Of a stretch of 64,000 bases of DNA, positions 36,686 through 45,781 are shown piece by piece. Numbering within the stretch: position 1 is the first letter of the stretch; each line of letters opens with the position of its first letter. Source of the stretch: Gemmatimonadota bacterium (GTDB taxonomy: Bacteria; Gemmatimonadota; Gemmatimonadetes; Gemmatimonadales; Gemmatimonadaceae); assembly GCA_040389905.1 (NCBI GenBank), contig JAZJZK010000009.1, forward strand, positions 32,001-96,000. Reading direction: 5' to 3'. Below the pieces are notes generated by a model that worked only from the letters and a program-made list of their open reading frames with translations, ran no database searches and was not told where the DNA came from. Position numbers and translations under genes: made by a program.

Positions 36686-39529
36686 TTACGGCAGTGTGAT
36701 GACGTTACCCGTTCCCAACGACACCGCACCGTTTCGCGCGAGGGCGCGTCCGGTGAGGTTGGCGTTGTCCACCAGCGTGATGCTGGTGAGCGCCAGGATG
36801 TTTCCCTGCCATTGCGAGGCGGTACCGATCGTCGCCGAGCTGCCGACCTGCCAGTACACGTTCTTGGCCTGCGCACCATTGATCAGAACGACATTGCCTG
36901 CTGTCGTGAGGCCCGTGCCGGCCTGGAAGACAAAGGTTGCGTTCGGGTCGCCGCCACCATCCAAGGTGAGGGTGCCGGTGACACCAATACCGCTCGCTGT
37001 GCAATAGACGCCTGCGGGTTTGGTCGTTCCCCCGAGGTTCGCGACTATGGCGTTCGCCGCCGGGCAGGGCAGTCCGGCGAGCACGTCGTACGCGGCCTTG
37101 AGGTCGATCTGGGCCTGCACGGCGATGCCGTCGTTGAGGTGCTGCGTGCCCGTGATGATACAAGGCGGGAAGCCTGTGACGGTGCTACCCGGGCTGATCG
37201 CAATGTCCGCGAAGATCGTCCCGAGACTGACGCACGTGAATGCGGTTCCGGCCATGATCCCGTTCGGACCGGCGGCTCCGAGGTTCACGATTGGCGGCGG
37301 CACTGCGCCGGTCACGTTGACGGTGGCCGTGCCGAATGTCGCGCCGCTCGTCGCCCTGACGGTATTGGTGAAGGTTCCCGCCACTGCTCCTGCTGTGAAG
37401 AGCCCGGTGACCGGGTTGATGGAGCCGCCTCCATTGGTGACGGTCCACACTGGGACGATCGGGAACACGTTACCGTTCCCGTCACGGCCCGTTGCCACAA
37501 ACTGCTGGGTTGAGTTGGCAAGGACGGATGCCGGGTTGGGTGTAACCGTGATTGTCGCAAGAGACGGAAGCGCGGTGACGTTCACCGTGGCGAATCCGGA
37601 GATCGCGCCGCTCGTCGCTCGCACCGTATTGATGAACGAGGCCGCAACTGCGCCCGCGGTGAACAAGCCGGAGTTCGGGTCAATCGAGCCGCCGCCATTC
37701 ACGATCGCCCAAACCGGGGTAATCGGGATGATGTTGCCGGCGGCATCGCGTCCAACGGCCGCGAACAGCGCCGTTGTGCCGGCCTGTACCGTTGCGGGGT
37801 TGGGTGTTACGGTGATCGTTGCGAGTGGGCCAGGCGTGACAGTGACCGTGGCGAAGCCAGCCAGACCACCCACGTTCGCGCGAATGGAGTTCACGAAGGT
37901 GCCTGACGTATTGCCGGCCGTAAACAGTCCGGACGTGAGATCGATCGTACCGCCACCAGCGACGACAGACCACGTCGGCGTGATGGCGACGACGTTTCCG
38001 GAAACATCTCGGCCGACGGCGGTGAACTGTTGCGTGCCCCCGATGCCGACTGTCGCCGGATTCGGCGTAACCGTAATGGTTGCCAGCGCACCCGCGGAAA
38101 CGATGACTGTCGCCGTGCCCGATACCGCGCCGCTCGCCGCGCGCACCGTACCGTTGTACGTGTCTGGGGTAATGCCCGCGGTGAACAAGCCGGAGCCATT
38201 GATCGTGCCGCCGCCATTCACCACTGACCAGACAGCTGTGATCGGAACGACGTTGCCGCCGGCGTCCGTACCCACGGCTGTAAACTGCTGCGATGCACCC
38301 GTCCCCATCGTTGCCGGATTCGGCGTGACCGTAATCGTGGCGAGGGGGCCTGGCGTCACGACCACCGACGCGAAGCCTGCCAGAGCACCGACGTTGGCGC
38401 GCACGGTATTCGTGTAGGTACCTGGCGCGTTACCGGCGGTAAAGAGTCCACTGGTGATATCGATGTTTCCGCCGCCAGCCGAGACAATCCACGTCGGAGT
38501 AATCGGGACGACGTTACCGCCGAGATCGCGTCCAACGGCGGTGAATTGCTGTGTGGCGCCGATGCCGAGCGTCGCAAGAGCCGGAGAAACCGTAATCGTC
38601 GCGAGTGGACCGAAGGTCACGATCACTGTGGCAGTTGCCGCGACCGCGCCGCTGGCTGCCCTGACCGTGCCCGTGTAGGTGCCGGGCGTTCCGCCCGCTG
38701 TGAATAGACCAGTCCCGTTGATCGTGCCGCCACCAGCGACGACCGACCACGCCGGCGTCACGGTCACGACGTTTCCGCTCGCGTCTCGACCGACCACGGT
38801 GAACTGCTGTGTCGTGCCGACCGCGAGTGTAGCAGGGTTCGGCGCAATCGTCATGCTGGCCAGAGGACCAGCGATGACAGTCACCGTGGCGAACGCACGG
38901 ATACCGTTGCTGCTCGCCTGCACGGTGTTGGTATAGGTTCCCGCGAGTCCGCCGGCGGTAAAGACACCCGCCTGATCAACGGAGCCACCGCCGGCCACAA
39001 TGGACCAGCTCGGCGACACAGGAACAGCGTTACCTCCCGCGTCGCGACCCGTTGCCACGAACGTCTGCGTCGCGCCCACCGCAAGTGTCACCGGGTTCGG
39101 GGTGACGACGATCGTCGCCAACGGACCCGCGACCACCGTGATCGATGCGCGACCGGAGACGCCGCCAACCGATGCAACGACAGTGTTTGGAAAGCTGCCG
39201 ATCACCGTTCCAGCGGTGACCATGCCCGTTGTGTTAACGGAGCCCCCGCCTGCGGCGATCGACCATGCGGGGTCGATAGTCACGACGCGACCTTCGGCAT
39301 CGTATCCCACCGCAGTGAATTGCTGGACACCGCCTGTCGAGAGGGTCGCGTTGGGCGCGACAGTAATGCTCGCCAGCGTTCCCGGGGCGGTGATACCGTG
39401 TACGTCGCACGCAGCCATGAAGGCGCTCGCGAGTATGAGGGCAACGACGGCACGCGCGCCGGATCTCCATGAGATTGGCGTGCGACGAGCTCGTTCCGAC
39501 CTTGTGCTATCCATGCTAATCCTCAGCAA
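36686..39529 (-). CDS. Ice-binding-like (DUF3494) lipoprotein with 8 tandem Ig-like repeats
   Basis: AAC lipobox; eight ~87-aa LATITVTPNP...F.A.GRD..GN..W repeats; C-terminal GVY, TLTLDG.GDPNATFVFQ, NVYWQVGSSAT, GNILA, GRALA. Start may be 39514. Confidence 0.9.
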   Translation of the reverse strand: MLRISMDSTRSERARRTPISWRSGARAVVALILASAFMAACDVHGITAPGTLASITVAPNATLSTGGVQQFTAVGYDAEGRVVTIDPAWSIAAGGGSVNTTGMVTAGTVIGSFPNTVVASVGGVSGRASITVVAGPLATIVVTPNPVTLAVGATQTFVATGRDAGGNAVPVSPSWSIVAGGGSVDQAGVFTAGGLAGTYTNTVQASSNGIRAFATVTVIAGPLASMTIAPNPATLAVGTTQQFTVVGRDASGNVVTVTPAWSVVAGGGTINGTGLFTAGGTPGTYTGTVRAASGAVAATATVIVTFGPLATITVSPALATLGIGATQQFTAVGRDLGGNVVPITPTWIVSAGGGNIDITSGLFTAGNAPGTYTNTVRANVGALAGFASVVVTPGPLATITVTPNPATMGTGASQQFTAVGTDAGGNVVPITAVWSVVNGGGTINGSGLFTAGITPDTYNGTVRAASGAVSGTATVIVSAGALATITVTPNPATVGIGGTQQFTAVGRDVSGNVVAITPTWSVVAGGGTIDLTSGLFTAGNTSGTFVNSIRANVGGLAGFATVTVTPGPLATITVTPNPATVQAGTTALFAAVGRDAAGNIIPITPVWAIVNGGGSIDPNSGLFTAGAVAASFINTVRATSGAISGFATVNVTALPSLATITVTPNPASVLANSTQQFVATGRDGNGNVFPIVPVWTVTNGGGSINPVTGLFTAGAVAGTFTNTVRATSGATFGTATVNVTGAVPPPIVNLGAAGPNGIMAGTAFTCVSLGTIFADIAISPGSTVTGFPPCIITGTQHLNDGIAVQAQIDLKAAYDVLAGLPCPAANAIVANLGGTTKPAGVYCTASGIGVTGTLTLDGGGDPNATFVFQAGTGLTTAGNVVLINGAQAKNVYWQVGSSATIGTASQWQGNILALTSITLVDNANLTGRALARNGAVSLGTGNVITLP

Positions 39530-39754
39530 CCTGCGTGGAGCAGGCGTGTTGGGACAACGTGTCCCGACCTCGCCGGAGCAACCGATTGTGTAAAGAGTTG
39601 TGTCTGGGCGCGGAGCTCCAGCGGTGTGGACCGCGAGCGTGTTCGCCTTTGAACTCTGCTACCGTGAAGAAGGAACGTCCCTGGCTCACGGGAGAGTCTG
39701 GCGAGCTCATCGCCTCCCGGTTTCTTCTGAAGAGGAAGGCGCTCTCGCTCTTAA

Positions 39755-39770
39755 TGCAGTTTGTGTTCCA
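39755..39770 (-). promoter_or_regulatory. Candidate sigma-54 -24/-12 promoter for the IBP-OmpA unit
   Basis: Minus strand TGGAACACAAACTGCA (GG-N10-GC). Confidence 0.45.
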
Positions 39771-39847
39771 TACCGAACGCAAGCAGGCTGCTGAGCAACC
39801 TTCTCGAGTGCGGGCGGCTCCAAGATGCGTAACCCAATGCCGCGTGC

Positions 39848-40681
39848 ATGAAGACTCGTCTTCCCGTCAATCGACAGTTCGACCTTCGTTCATTGCTCGT
39901 CGCGGTGCTCGCGACGGCACTGTCGTTCGCCGCCGTGCTGTCATCGGTTGGGCCGGAGCTGTTCGACCTACGTCAACCCGCGCGACCCGACCAACAGATT
40001 GCGATGGAGCACGTGGACTTCGTCGAGCGACTGCCGCTGCCGACCGCTCCACCCGTGGTGGCCGGCACCGCGTCCAGCGCGGCAGTGGAAGGCCGCTTGC
40101 CGGAGACGACGCCCGCCGCCGACACGGCCAGGCGGCGCGAGGCCGCGCGAGTGATCATCGGTCCGGCAGCGCCAGCCGCTGCGCCATCGGGCAATTCCGT
40201 CACAGCGGTTCCAGTCCCATACGCCGGCCGAGGCAAGACGACTCTCCTCTTCATACCGAAACCGATTGACCCTTTTGCTCCACCTCCGCCGCTGACCGGG
40301 TACCAACGTGACTCACTGCTGAACCTCATGCGGCTCGCCGTTCCTACCACGGCGGCGAACCGCGTCGCAACCCGGGAGGAGCAGGATTCTCTCTGGCGGG
40401 CGAAGAGCAGCCCTGGAACGATTCCAGGGCGGAAGGCGGGCGAGCAAGGAGGTTTCGTTCTACCAGGCCCATGGTCTGGCAGGTACGATCCGTCGAAGAC
40501 GGACACCGGCGGTGGCGGCGTCACGTTCCTGAGTCCGGGCCCATCTCGCGCCGAGCGGAAACGGGACAGTGTGGCCAATTCGCAGTTTCTCGCATCGTTA
40601 TCTCGACTTCAGGCTCGAGCGCGCGTGAAGCAGGATTCCCTTCGGCGGCGCGATTCGATCGCGCGCGCGTCGGTTCCGTAA
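39848..40681 (+). CDS. Hypothetical Pro/Ala-rich membrane-anchored protein
   Basis: N-terminal TM helix; RDS repeats; no recognised domain. Confidence 0.6.
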   Translation: MKTRLPVNRQFDLRSLLVAVLATALSFAAVLSSVGPELFDLRQPARPDQQIAMEHVDFVERLPLPTAPPVVAGTASSAAVEGRLPETTPAADTARRREAARVIIGPAAPAAAPSGNSVTAVPVPYAGRGKTTLLFIPKPIDPFAPPPPLTGYQRDSLLNLMRLAVPTTAANRVATREEQDSLWRAKSSPGTIPGRKAGEQGGFVLPGPWSGRYDPSKTDTGGGGVTFLSPGPSRAERKRDSVANSQFLASLSRLQARARVKQDSLRRRDSIARASVP

Positions 40682-40759
40682 GACCGACATAGAGCGCGTT
40701 TCCTGCAACGGTGATTGATTTCACGCACCCAAACTTCACCGAGCTCGAGTCCAGATCCA

Positions 40760-42421
40760 ATGACACAACCGCTGCTGATCGCGATCGTCGTCGTGGCACT
40801 CGCGGTGTTGCTGATACGACCGATTCTCGAGACAATCGCGTTGCGCAACGCGGCCAGCCGTCCGTCGCGTGAGCACGACCTGGTGCGCATCGCATCGTAT
40901 TTTTTCGCGCTCCCGGATGCAGACGCTGCGCTACCTGCGCGCGTCTGGAGCGATCTGGATATGGATGCTGTTTTCCAGTCCATCGACCGGACGGCGAGTT
41001 GGCCAGGCCAGCACCATTTGTATGCGCGGCTCCGCGCAGGGGTGCACTCGGAAAGGGCGCTTCTCGCGTTCGACGCAGCGGTAACGGCGCTGCAAGGCGA
41101 CGAATCGTTGCGCGATCGCATCGCCAGCGCACTCGCACCCCTCGATGACCGCCGGGCAAGTATGCTGCCCGCGCTCTTTCAGCAGCAGCTGCCACGCAGA
41201 CCCGCGGCCGCCTGGATGTTTCCGGTGCTCTCGCTCGCCGGCCCCGCGCTCCTGATTGGCGTCATTCACTGGCCGATACTCGTGATCGGCATCGCGGTGC
41301 TCGCCCTCTGCAACGCGTTCATCCGCGTTGCGATGCGCGAGCAGATCGATCGAATCGTCCCGGCCATGCGTATGTTGCCGGCCATGCTTCACGCCGCCTC
41401 CGATCTCGCCCTGATCGAGACCCCGGCGTTGGTCACGCTCACCGGTGTACTTCGCGACGCGGTTCCGCGCCTTCGCTGGACAGGTCGAGCCGCGCGATGG
41501 CTTTCCTTCGATCCCACCGGTGGGAACGAGCTCGCGGGATACGTCTACGAGTATGCGAACCTGCTGTTCCTCCTCGATGTCACCGCCTATGCACTGAGCC
41601 TTCCAGCGATCTCGGCCGAGCGGCGTTCGATCCAGTTGGCGTACGACGCCCTCGGTGAATTGGACGCGGTGCAGGCCGTGGCGCGCCTCCGCGCCGAGCG
41701 CGCAGTGTGGACGCGACCAGAGACGACCATGGAGCCTCGCACGCTCGAGTTCTCGTCGCTGGTCCATCCGCTTCTCGCGAACCCCGTTTCGAACTCGCTG
41801 TCGATGCGTGGGCGGAGCGTGCTGCTCACTGGATCGAACATGTCCGGCAAGTCGACATTCATTCGCACGGTGGGAGTGAATGCGATTCTCGCGCAGACGA
41901 TCGGAATGGTCTACGGAGAGCGCTGGCGCGGGCCGCCACTCGTCGTCAGAACCTCGATCGGCCGCGCCGACAGCATCACGGAGGGGCGGAGCTACTATCA
42001 GGCCGAAGTGGAGACGCTCGGCGCGCTCCTTGCTGCCGCGGACCGGGGGGATCGGCTCATACTGCTCGACGAGCTGTTCCGGGGCACGAACGCCATCGAG
42101 CGTGTTGCTGGAGCGAAGGCGGTACTGGCCGAACTCGATCGCCGCGGTGATCTCGTGATCATTGCCACCCACGACGCCGAGCTCCTCGAACTATTGCCCA
42201 CTTACGCCCCGCATCATTTTCGGGAAGAAGTACGCGACGGCGAGCTGTCCTTCGATTACCGTTTGCACGATGGCGCATGTTCGACGCGGAACGCCCTCGC
42301 GATTCTGGCGCTTGCCGGCTACCCCGAGCGCGTGGTTGCCGATGCGCGCGAGACCGCGGAGCGCCTCGAGCGGCGCATCGAGGCCGCCGCCCCGGAACCG
42401 GCAACAGGCATGACCGCATGA
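40760..42421 (+). CDS. Membrane-associated MutS domain V ATPase (MutS-related family)
   Basis: HPLL, TGSNMSGKSTF, GRSYYQAEV, LLDELFRGTN, IATHD, FDY.L; TM segments; no mismatch-recognition domain. Confidence 0.88.
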   Translation: MTQPLLIAIVVVALAVLLIRPILETIALRNAASRPSREHDLVRIASYFFALPDADAALPARVWSDLDMDAVFQSIDRTASWPGQHHLYARLRAGVHSERALLAFDAAVTALQGDESLRDRIASALAPLDDRRASMLPALFQQQLPRRPAAAWMFPVLSLAGPALLIGVIHWPILVIGIAVLALCNAFIRVAMREQIDRIVPAMRMLPAMLHAASDLALIETPALVTLTGVLRDAVPRLRWTGRAARWLSFDPTGGNELAGYVYEYANLLFLLDVTAYALSLPAISAERRSIQLAYDALGELDAVQAVARLRAERAVWTRPETTMEPRTLEFSSLVHPLLANPVSNSLSMRGRSVLLTGSNMSGKSTFIRTVGVNAILAQTIGMVYGERWRGPPLVVRTSIGRADSITEGRSYYQAEVETLGALLAAADRGDRLILLDELFRGTNAIERVAGAKAVLAELDRRGDLVIIATHDAELLELLPTYAPHHFREEVRDGELSFDYRLHDGACSTRNALAILALAGYPERVVADARETAERLERRIEAAAPEPATGMTA

Positions 42422-42431
42422 GGTGCACGCG

Positions 42432-43619
42432 ATGAGTTGGACGAGCAAGTTCGAATCCTTGATCGGTGAGATCGATCATCACCTTCGCGATGCGGCGCGT
42501 TCGATTCTCGGTGACGGGCCGCAGGGCGTGATCGCCTATCGCGGCTACGGAAATCATACGGCAGCGTACTTTCATGGGCGGGCACTGGAATGCCGGACGT
42601 ACGACCCGAGCGCCCATACGGACTCCGCGCTGCGCAATCTCCTCAACACGTATCGTCGGGTGGACGCCAATGCGATTCCGCTGGCGCAGGTGGCGATCGA
42701 ATTTGCGGGCCGAACGGTGACGTGCACCGCCGACGACGAAGGGTTCTTCGCCGGGCGGATCGACCTCGCGCCGCCGCTGGAGGATGGCGACAGCTGGAGG
42801 ACATACGCCGTGGAACTGCTCTCGCCGGCCGCGGCGGGAGTCGTGCCGCCGAAGACGAAGGGTGAGATGCTCGTTCCGCCGAGTACCGCTCGCTTCGGCG
42901 TCATCAGCGACATCGACGATACGGTCATTCAGTCGCGCGTCAACAACTTCCTGCAAGCCGCGCGCACGGTCATGCTGGGGAACGCGCGGACGCGCCTGCC
43001 GTTTCCCGGCGTCGCGGCGTTCTACGATGCGCTGTCGCGCGGCGCGGACGGTGCGCAGCAGAACCCAATTTTCTACGTCTCCAGCAGTCCGTGGAATATC
43101 CATGACATCATCGTCGAGTTCATGGACCTGCAAGGGTTGCCGAGGGGACCAATTCTCCTGCGCGATTGGGACATCGCGCTCGGCGCGCTCGCCGCGAGCC
43201 GGCACTTCGAGCACAAGGGAGTGGCGATCCGTCGCATCCTCGCCCTCTATCCGGACTTGCCCTTCATACTGATCGGCGACACGAGCCAGCACGATCCGGA
43301 GATCTATCGCCAGATCGTCAGTGAGTTTCCCGGGCGGATCAGCGCCGTCTACATTCGCGATGTGAACCGGTCGCCGGAGCGAACGCAATCGGTGCAGCGT
43401 CTCTCGGAGGAGATTCTCGCGGCGAAATCCGTGTTGGTGCTCGCGGAGAATACCGTCGGCGCCGCGACGCACGCCATCGAACGCGGCTGGATTTCCGCGG
43501 ACGCACTTCCGTCGATTCGCGATGAGAAGCGCGCCGACGAGGGCACGTCGGGCGAGAAGGTTGCGACGCCGGATGGCGGCGCCCCGGGTGATGGCAACGC
43601 GCCAACCGTTGTCCAGTGA
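42432..43619 (+). CDS. App1-family (DUF2183) phosphatidate-phosphatase-like protein
   Basis: ISDIDDTV, FYVSSSPWN, LIGDTSQHDPEIY, YIR. Confidence 0.85.
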   Translation: MSWTSKFESLIGEIDHHLRDAARSILGDGPQGVIAYRGYGNHTAAYFHGRALECRTYDPSAHTDSALRNLLNTYRRVDANAIPLAQVAIEFAGRTVTCTADDEGFFAGRIDLAPPLEDGDSWRTYAVELLSPAAAGVVPPKTKGEMLVPPSTARFGVISDIDDTVIQSRVNNFLQAARTVMLGNARTRLPFPGVAAFYDALSRGADGAQQNPIFYVSSSPWNIHDIIVEFMDLQGLPRGPILLRDWDIALGALAASRHFEHKGVAIRRILALYPDLPFILIGDTSQHDPEIYRQIVSEFPGRISAVYIRDVNRSPERTQSVQRLSEEILAAKSVLVLAENTVGAATHAIERGWISADALPSIRDEKRADEGTSGEKVATPDGGAPGDGNAPTVVQ

Positions 43620-43818
43620 CGTGAACCTGTAAAACATCCGTTGGCGTCATTTGTCCGCTCGCGTAACGAATGCGCCACAGTGTCCAGGCAATTTGTCACT
43701 TGAAATACGGAATGCGTCTAAACTCCGCTGCATCGGTTGACGACGACTCCTGCCTCGCTATGCTCCATCGTGTGAGACACACATCGTGCTCACCTTACCG
43801 TTACATGGAGCAGAGAGA

Positions 43819-44298
43819 ATGCCGGATCGAAGTAGAAGTGGGGCACTCGCCCTCGCCGTTGCCGCCACCGTGCTTGCTGCGTGCTCGCCATCGCAGATCG
43901 GCGTGAACATTGCCGCAGAGCCGTTGGCCGCAGGCGCGAGTCCTGTGCAACAGCCATTGACACTCAGCAGCGACGCGCAGACGAAGATCGTCGATGCCGC
44001 TGATGCGACGCAGTTCGCGCTTGGCGTGCAATCCGTGTTTGCGGGTCGCGTGAGTGGCCTGGACGTGATGCAGGATTCATCCGGGGCCCGACTCCGTATC
44101 AAGGGCCTTGTCTCCGGCGGGGCTCGCGTTCCCCTCTTCGTGATCGACGGCGTACCGCTGGCGGAAGGCTTCAGCATTTCGATGCTCGTGCGGGCGATCG
44201 ACAGGATCGACCTGTTCGAGGACTCACTGTCGACGGCGCCTTATGGGGCTCGCGGCGTGAATGGCGTGATGACGATCGCGACGTCGCGAAAGCGCTGA
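43819..44298 (+). CDS. Lipoprotein consisting only of a TonB-dependent-receptor plug domain
   Basis: LAAC lipobox; GRVSGL, LRIKG, PLFVIDGVP, IDRID, YGARGVNGV..I.T; no barrel follows. Confidence 0.75.
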   Translation: MPDRSRSGALALAVAATVLAACSPSQIGVNIAAEPLAAGASPVQQPLTLSSDAQTKIVDAADATQFALGVQSVFAGRVSGLDVMQDSSGARLRIKGLVSGGARVPLFVIDGVPLAEGFSISMLVRAIDRIDLFEDSLSTAPYGARGVNGVMTIATSRKR

Positions 44299-44410
44299 AC
44301 AACGGCTCTCGATGGCCGTCGCTCTAGCGGCGGCCATCCCCACGTCGTATTCTCGGGCACTGGATTGGTGTGCGTTTCAGTCGACCCTTTTGCACGACTG
44401 GAGGCGAGCC

Positions 44411-45655
44411 GTGACGACCCCTGTGCCCCCGCAGTCAGGCCCCCTTACTACCGAGGACGCGCTGAAAGACGCGTTCCTCGCGCACCACGCAGCGCTCGCT
44501 GCAAAAGCCCGTGAGAAACTCGGCGCGGATGCCGTGGCCCTTGCGCCCAAGGTCGTGGAAGGCGCGTTCGTGCGAGCCTGGGATGCTCGTGCGAGGTTCA
44601 AAACTGCGAGCGAGCTCGACGCCTTTCTCGCTGACGATGTGCATCACGCATCTGCGCGCGCGCTGAGCCGACGGGCGGCGGCGCACCGCTTCGCGGGCAA
44701 CGCCACGAGCGATGCCCATCATGCGACCAGCGGAGAGATCAACGCGGACGAATCCTGGACGCACATTCAACACGCGCTCCACGGCGAAGAGCACAGCGCC
44801 GGAACGCTCGCCGCGGTGGCGAAAGCGTCGCGCCACGAGGCGGCGGGACATATTGCCGGCGTCGGCAAGTCACGTGGCGCCGCGATCGCCATCGGGATCG
44901 GCGTCGTCGCGATCGCCGCCGTCCTTGGTTTGATGTCGATGATGAACCGGATGGCGGAGAAGGGAAAGGTCGCGAGGGCGTTGAACGCCAGCGACGTCCG
45001 CCTCGTGAACACGCCGATGGGCCGAAAGGGCGAGATCAGCCTTGCCGACGGCAGCACCGCGCATGTGGCCCCGGATTCGAAGCTGACCATCCCGAAGGAC
45101 TTCGGTCCGGAGCTGCGTGGCGTGAAGATCGAAGGCGCCGCGACGTTCGATGTGTGGCCGAACATCCCGGTGGAATTCCAGGTCTACGCGAGAAACGTCG
45201 TCGTCGCGGCGAAGGGCACGTCGTTCACGGTAAACGCCTATCCGGACGACAAGGCGGTGATTGTCGTCGTCGCGGAAGGGTCGGTCGAAGTGCGGCAAGG
45301 TGACGTGATGCAAACCGTCGCCGCAGGTGCAGGGCTGGTGATTCCGGACTCCGGCGCGGCGAGAGTTGCCACGGAAGACGAACGAAATGTGGGCGCTGGA
45401 TGGCGGACAGGTATGCTTGCGCTCACCGACCGCCCGCTGCGCGACGCACTCAAGGCGATGAAGCGGTGGTATGGATACGAGGTCAGTGTCCCCGAAGTCG
45501 CGCTCCTCGAGCGTCGAGTGACGATGAAAGCATCGCTGGATTCCGCACTACAGGCAGTGCACCAGATCGCGAAGTCCGGAGGCCTCAAGTTCGGCTACGT
45601 GGGCCAGAACATGGCGTTCATCGATTCCGCCGACAAGAAAACGAATCTGCGATAG
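44411..45655 (+). CDS. FecR-domain protein with N-terminal ECF sigma region-2-like segment
   Basis: TM helix then T..G...LADGS..., EGAATFDV, GTSF.V, V.V.EG.VEV, W..G.L; N-terminal VVEGAFVRAW...F...LDAFL. Confidence 0.8.
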   Translation: MTTPVPPQSGPLTTEDALKDAFLAHHAALAAKAREKLGADAVALAPKVVEGAFVRAWDARARFKTASELDAFLADDVHHASARALSRRAAAHRFAGNATSDAHHATSGEINADESWTHIQHALHGEEHSAGTLAAVAKASRHEAAGHIAGVGKSRGAAIAIGIGVVAIAAVLGLMSMMNRMAEKGKVARALNASDVRLVNTPMGRKGEISLADGSTAHVAPDSKLTIPKDFGPELRGVKIEGAATFDVWPNIPVEFQVYARNVVVAAKGTSFTVNAYPDDKAVIVVVAEGSVEVRQGDVMQTVAAGAGLVIPDSGAARVATEDERNVGAGWRTGMLALTDRPLRDALKAMKRWYGYEVSVPEVALLERRVTMKASLDSALQAVHQIAKSGGLKFGYVGQNMAFIDSADKKTNLR

Positions 45656-45781
45656 CAGCGCTTAGAAAAAGCTAGGTGAACGGCAGGGGCGACGCGCGCA
45701 TACACTAAAGTTTGCGCGCGTTTTCGCCGATACTCCTCAGGTGCGGCTGGATGAAGGCCCCTCCCCACCTGGAGGTCGTTC

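Noticed and set aside
37300..39380. DNA tandem repeat or mobile element
   Set aside because: The repetition is explained by eight diverged Ig-like protein domains within one ORF.
40760..42421. Mismatch-repair mutS
   Set aside because: Lacks the N-terminal mismatch-binding domains and has TM helices; only the ATPase domain V is present.
43696..43721. ECF-type promoter TGTCAC...CGTCTAA upstream of the plug-only gene
   Set aside because: Plausible, but the spacing is not canonical and there is no second instance to support it.
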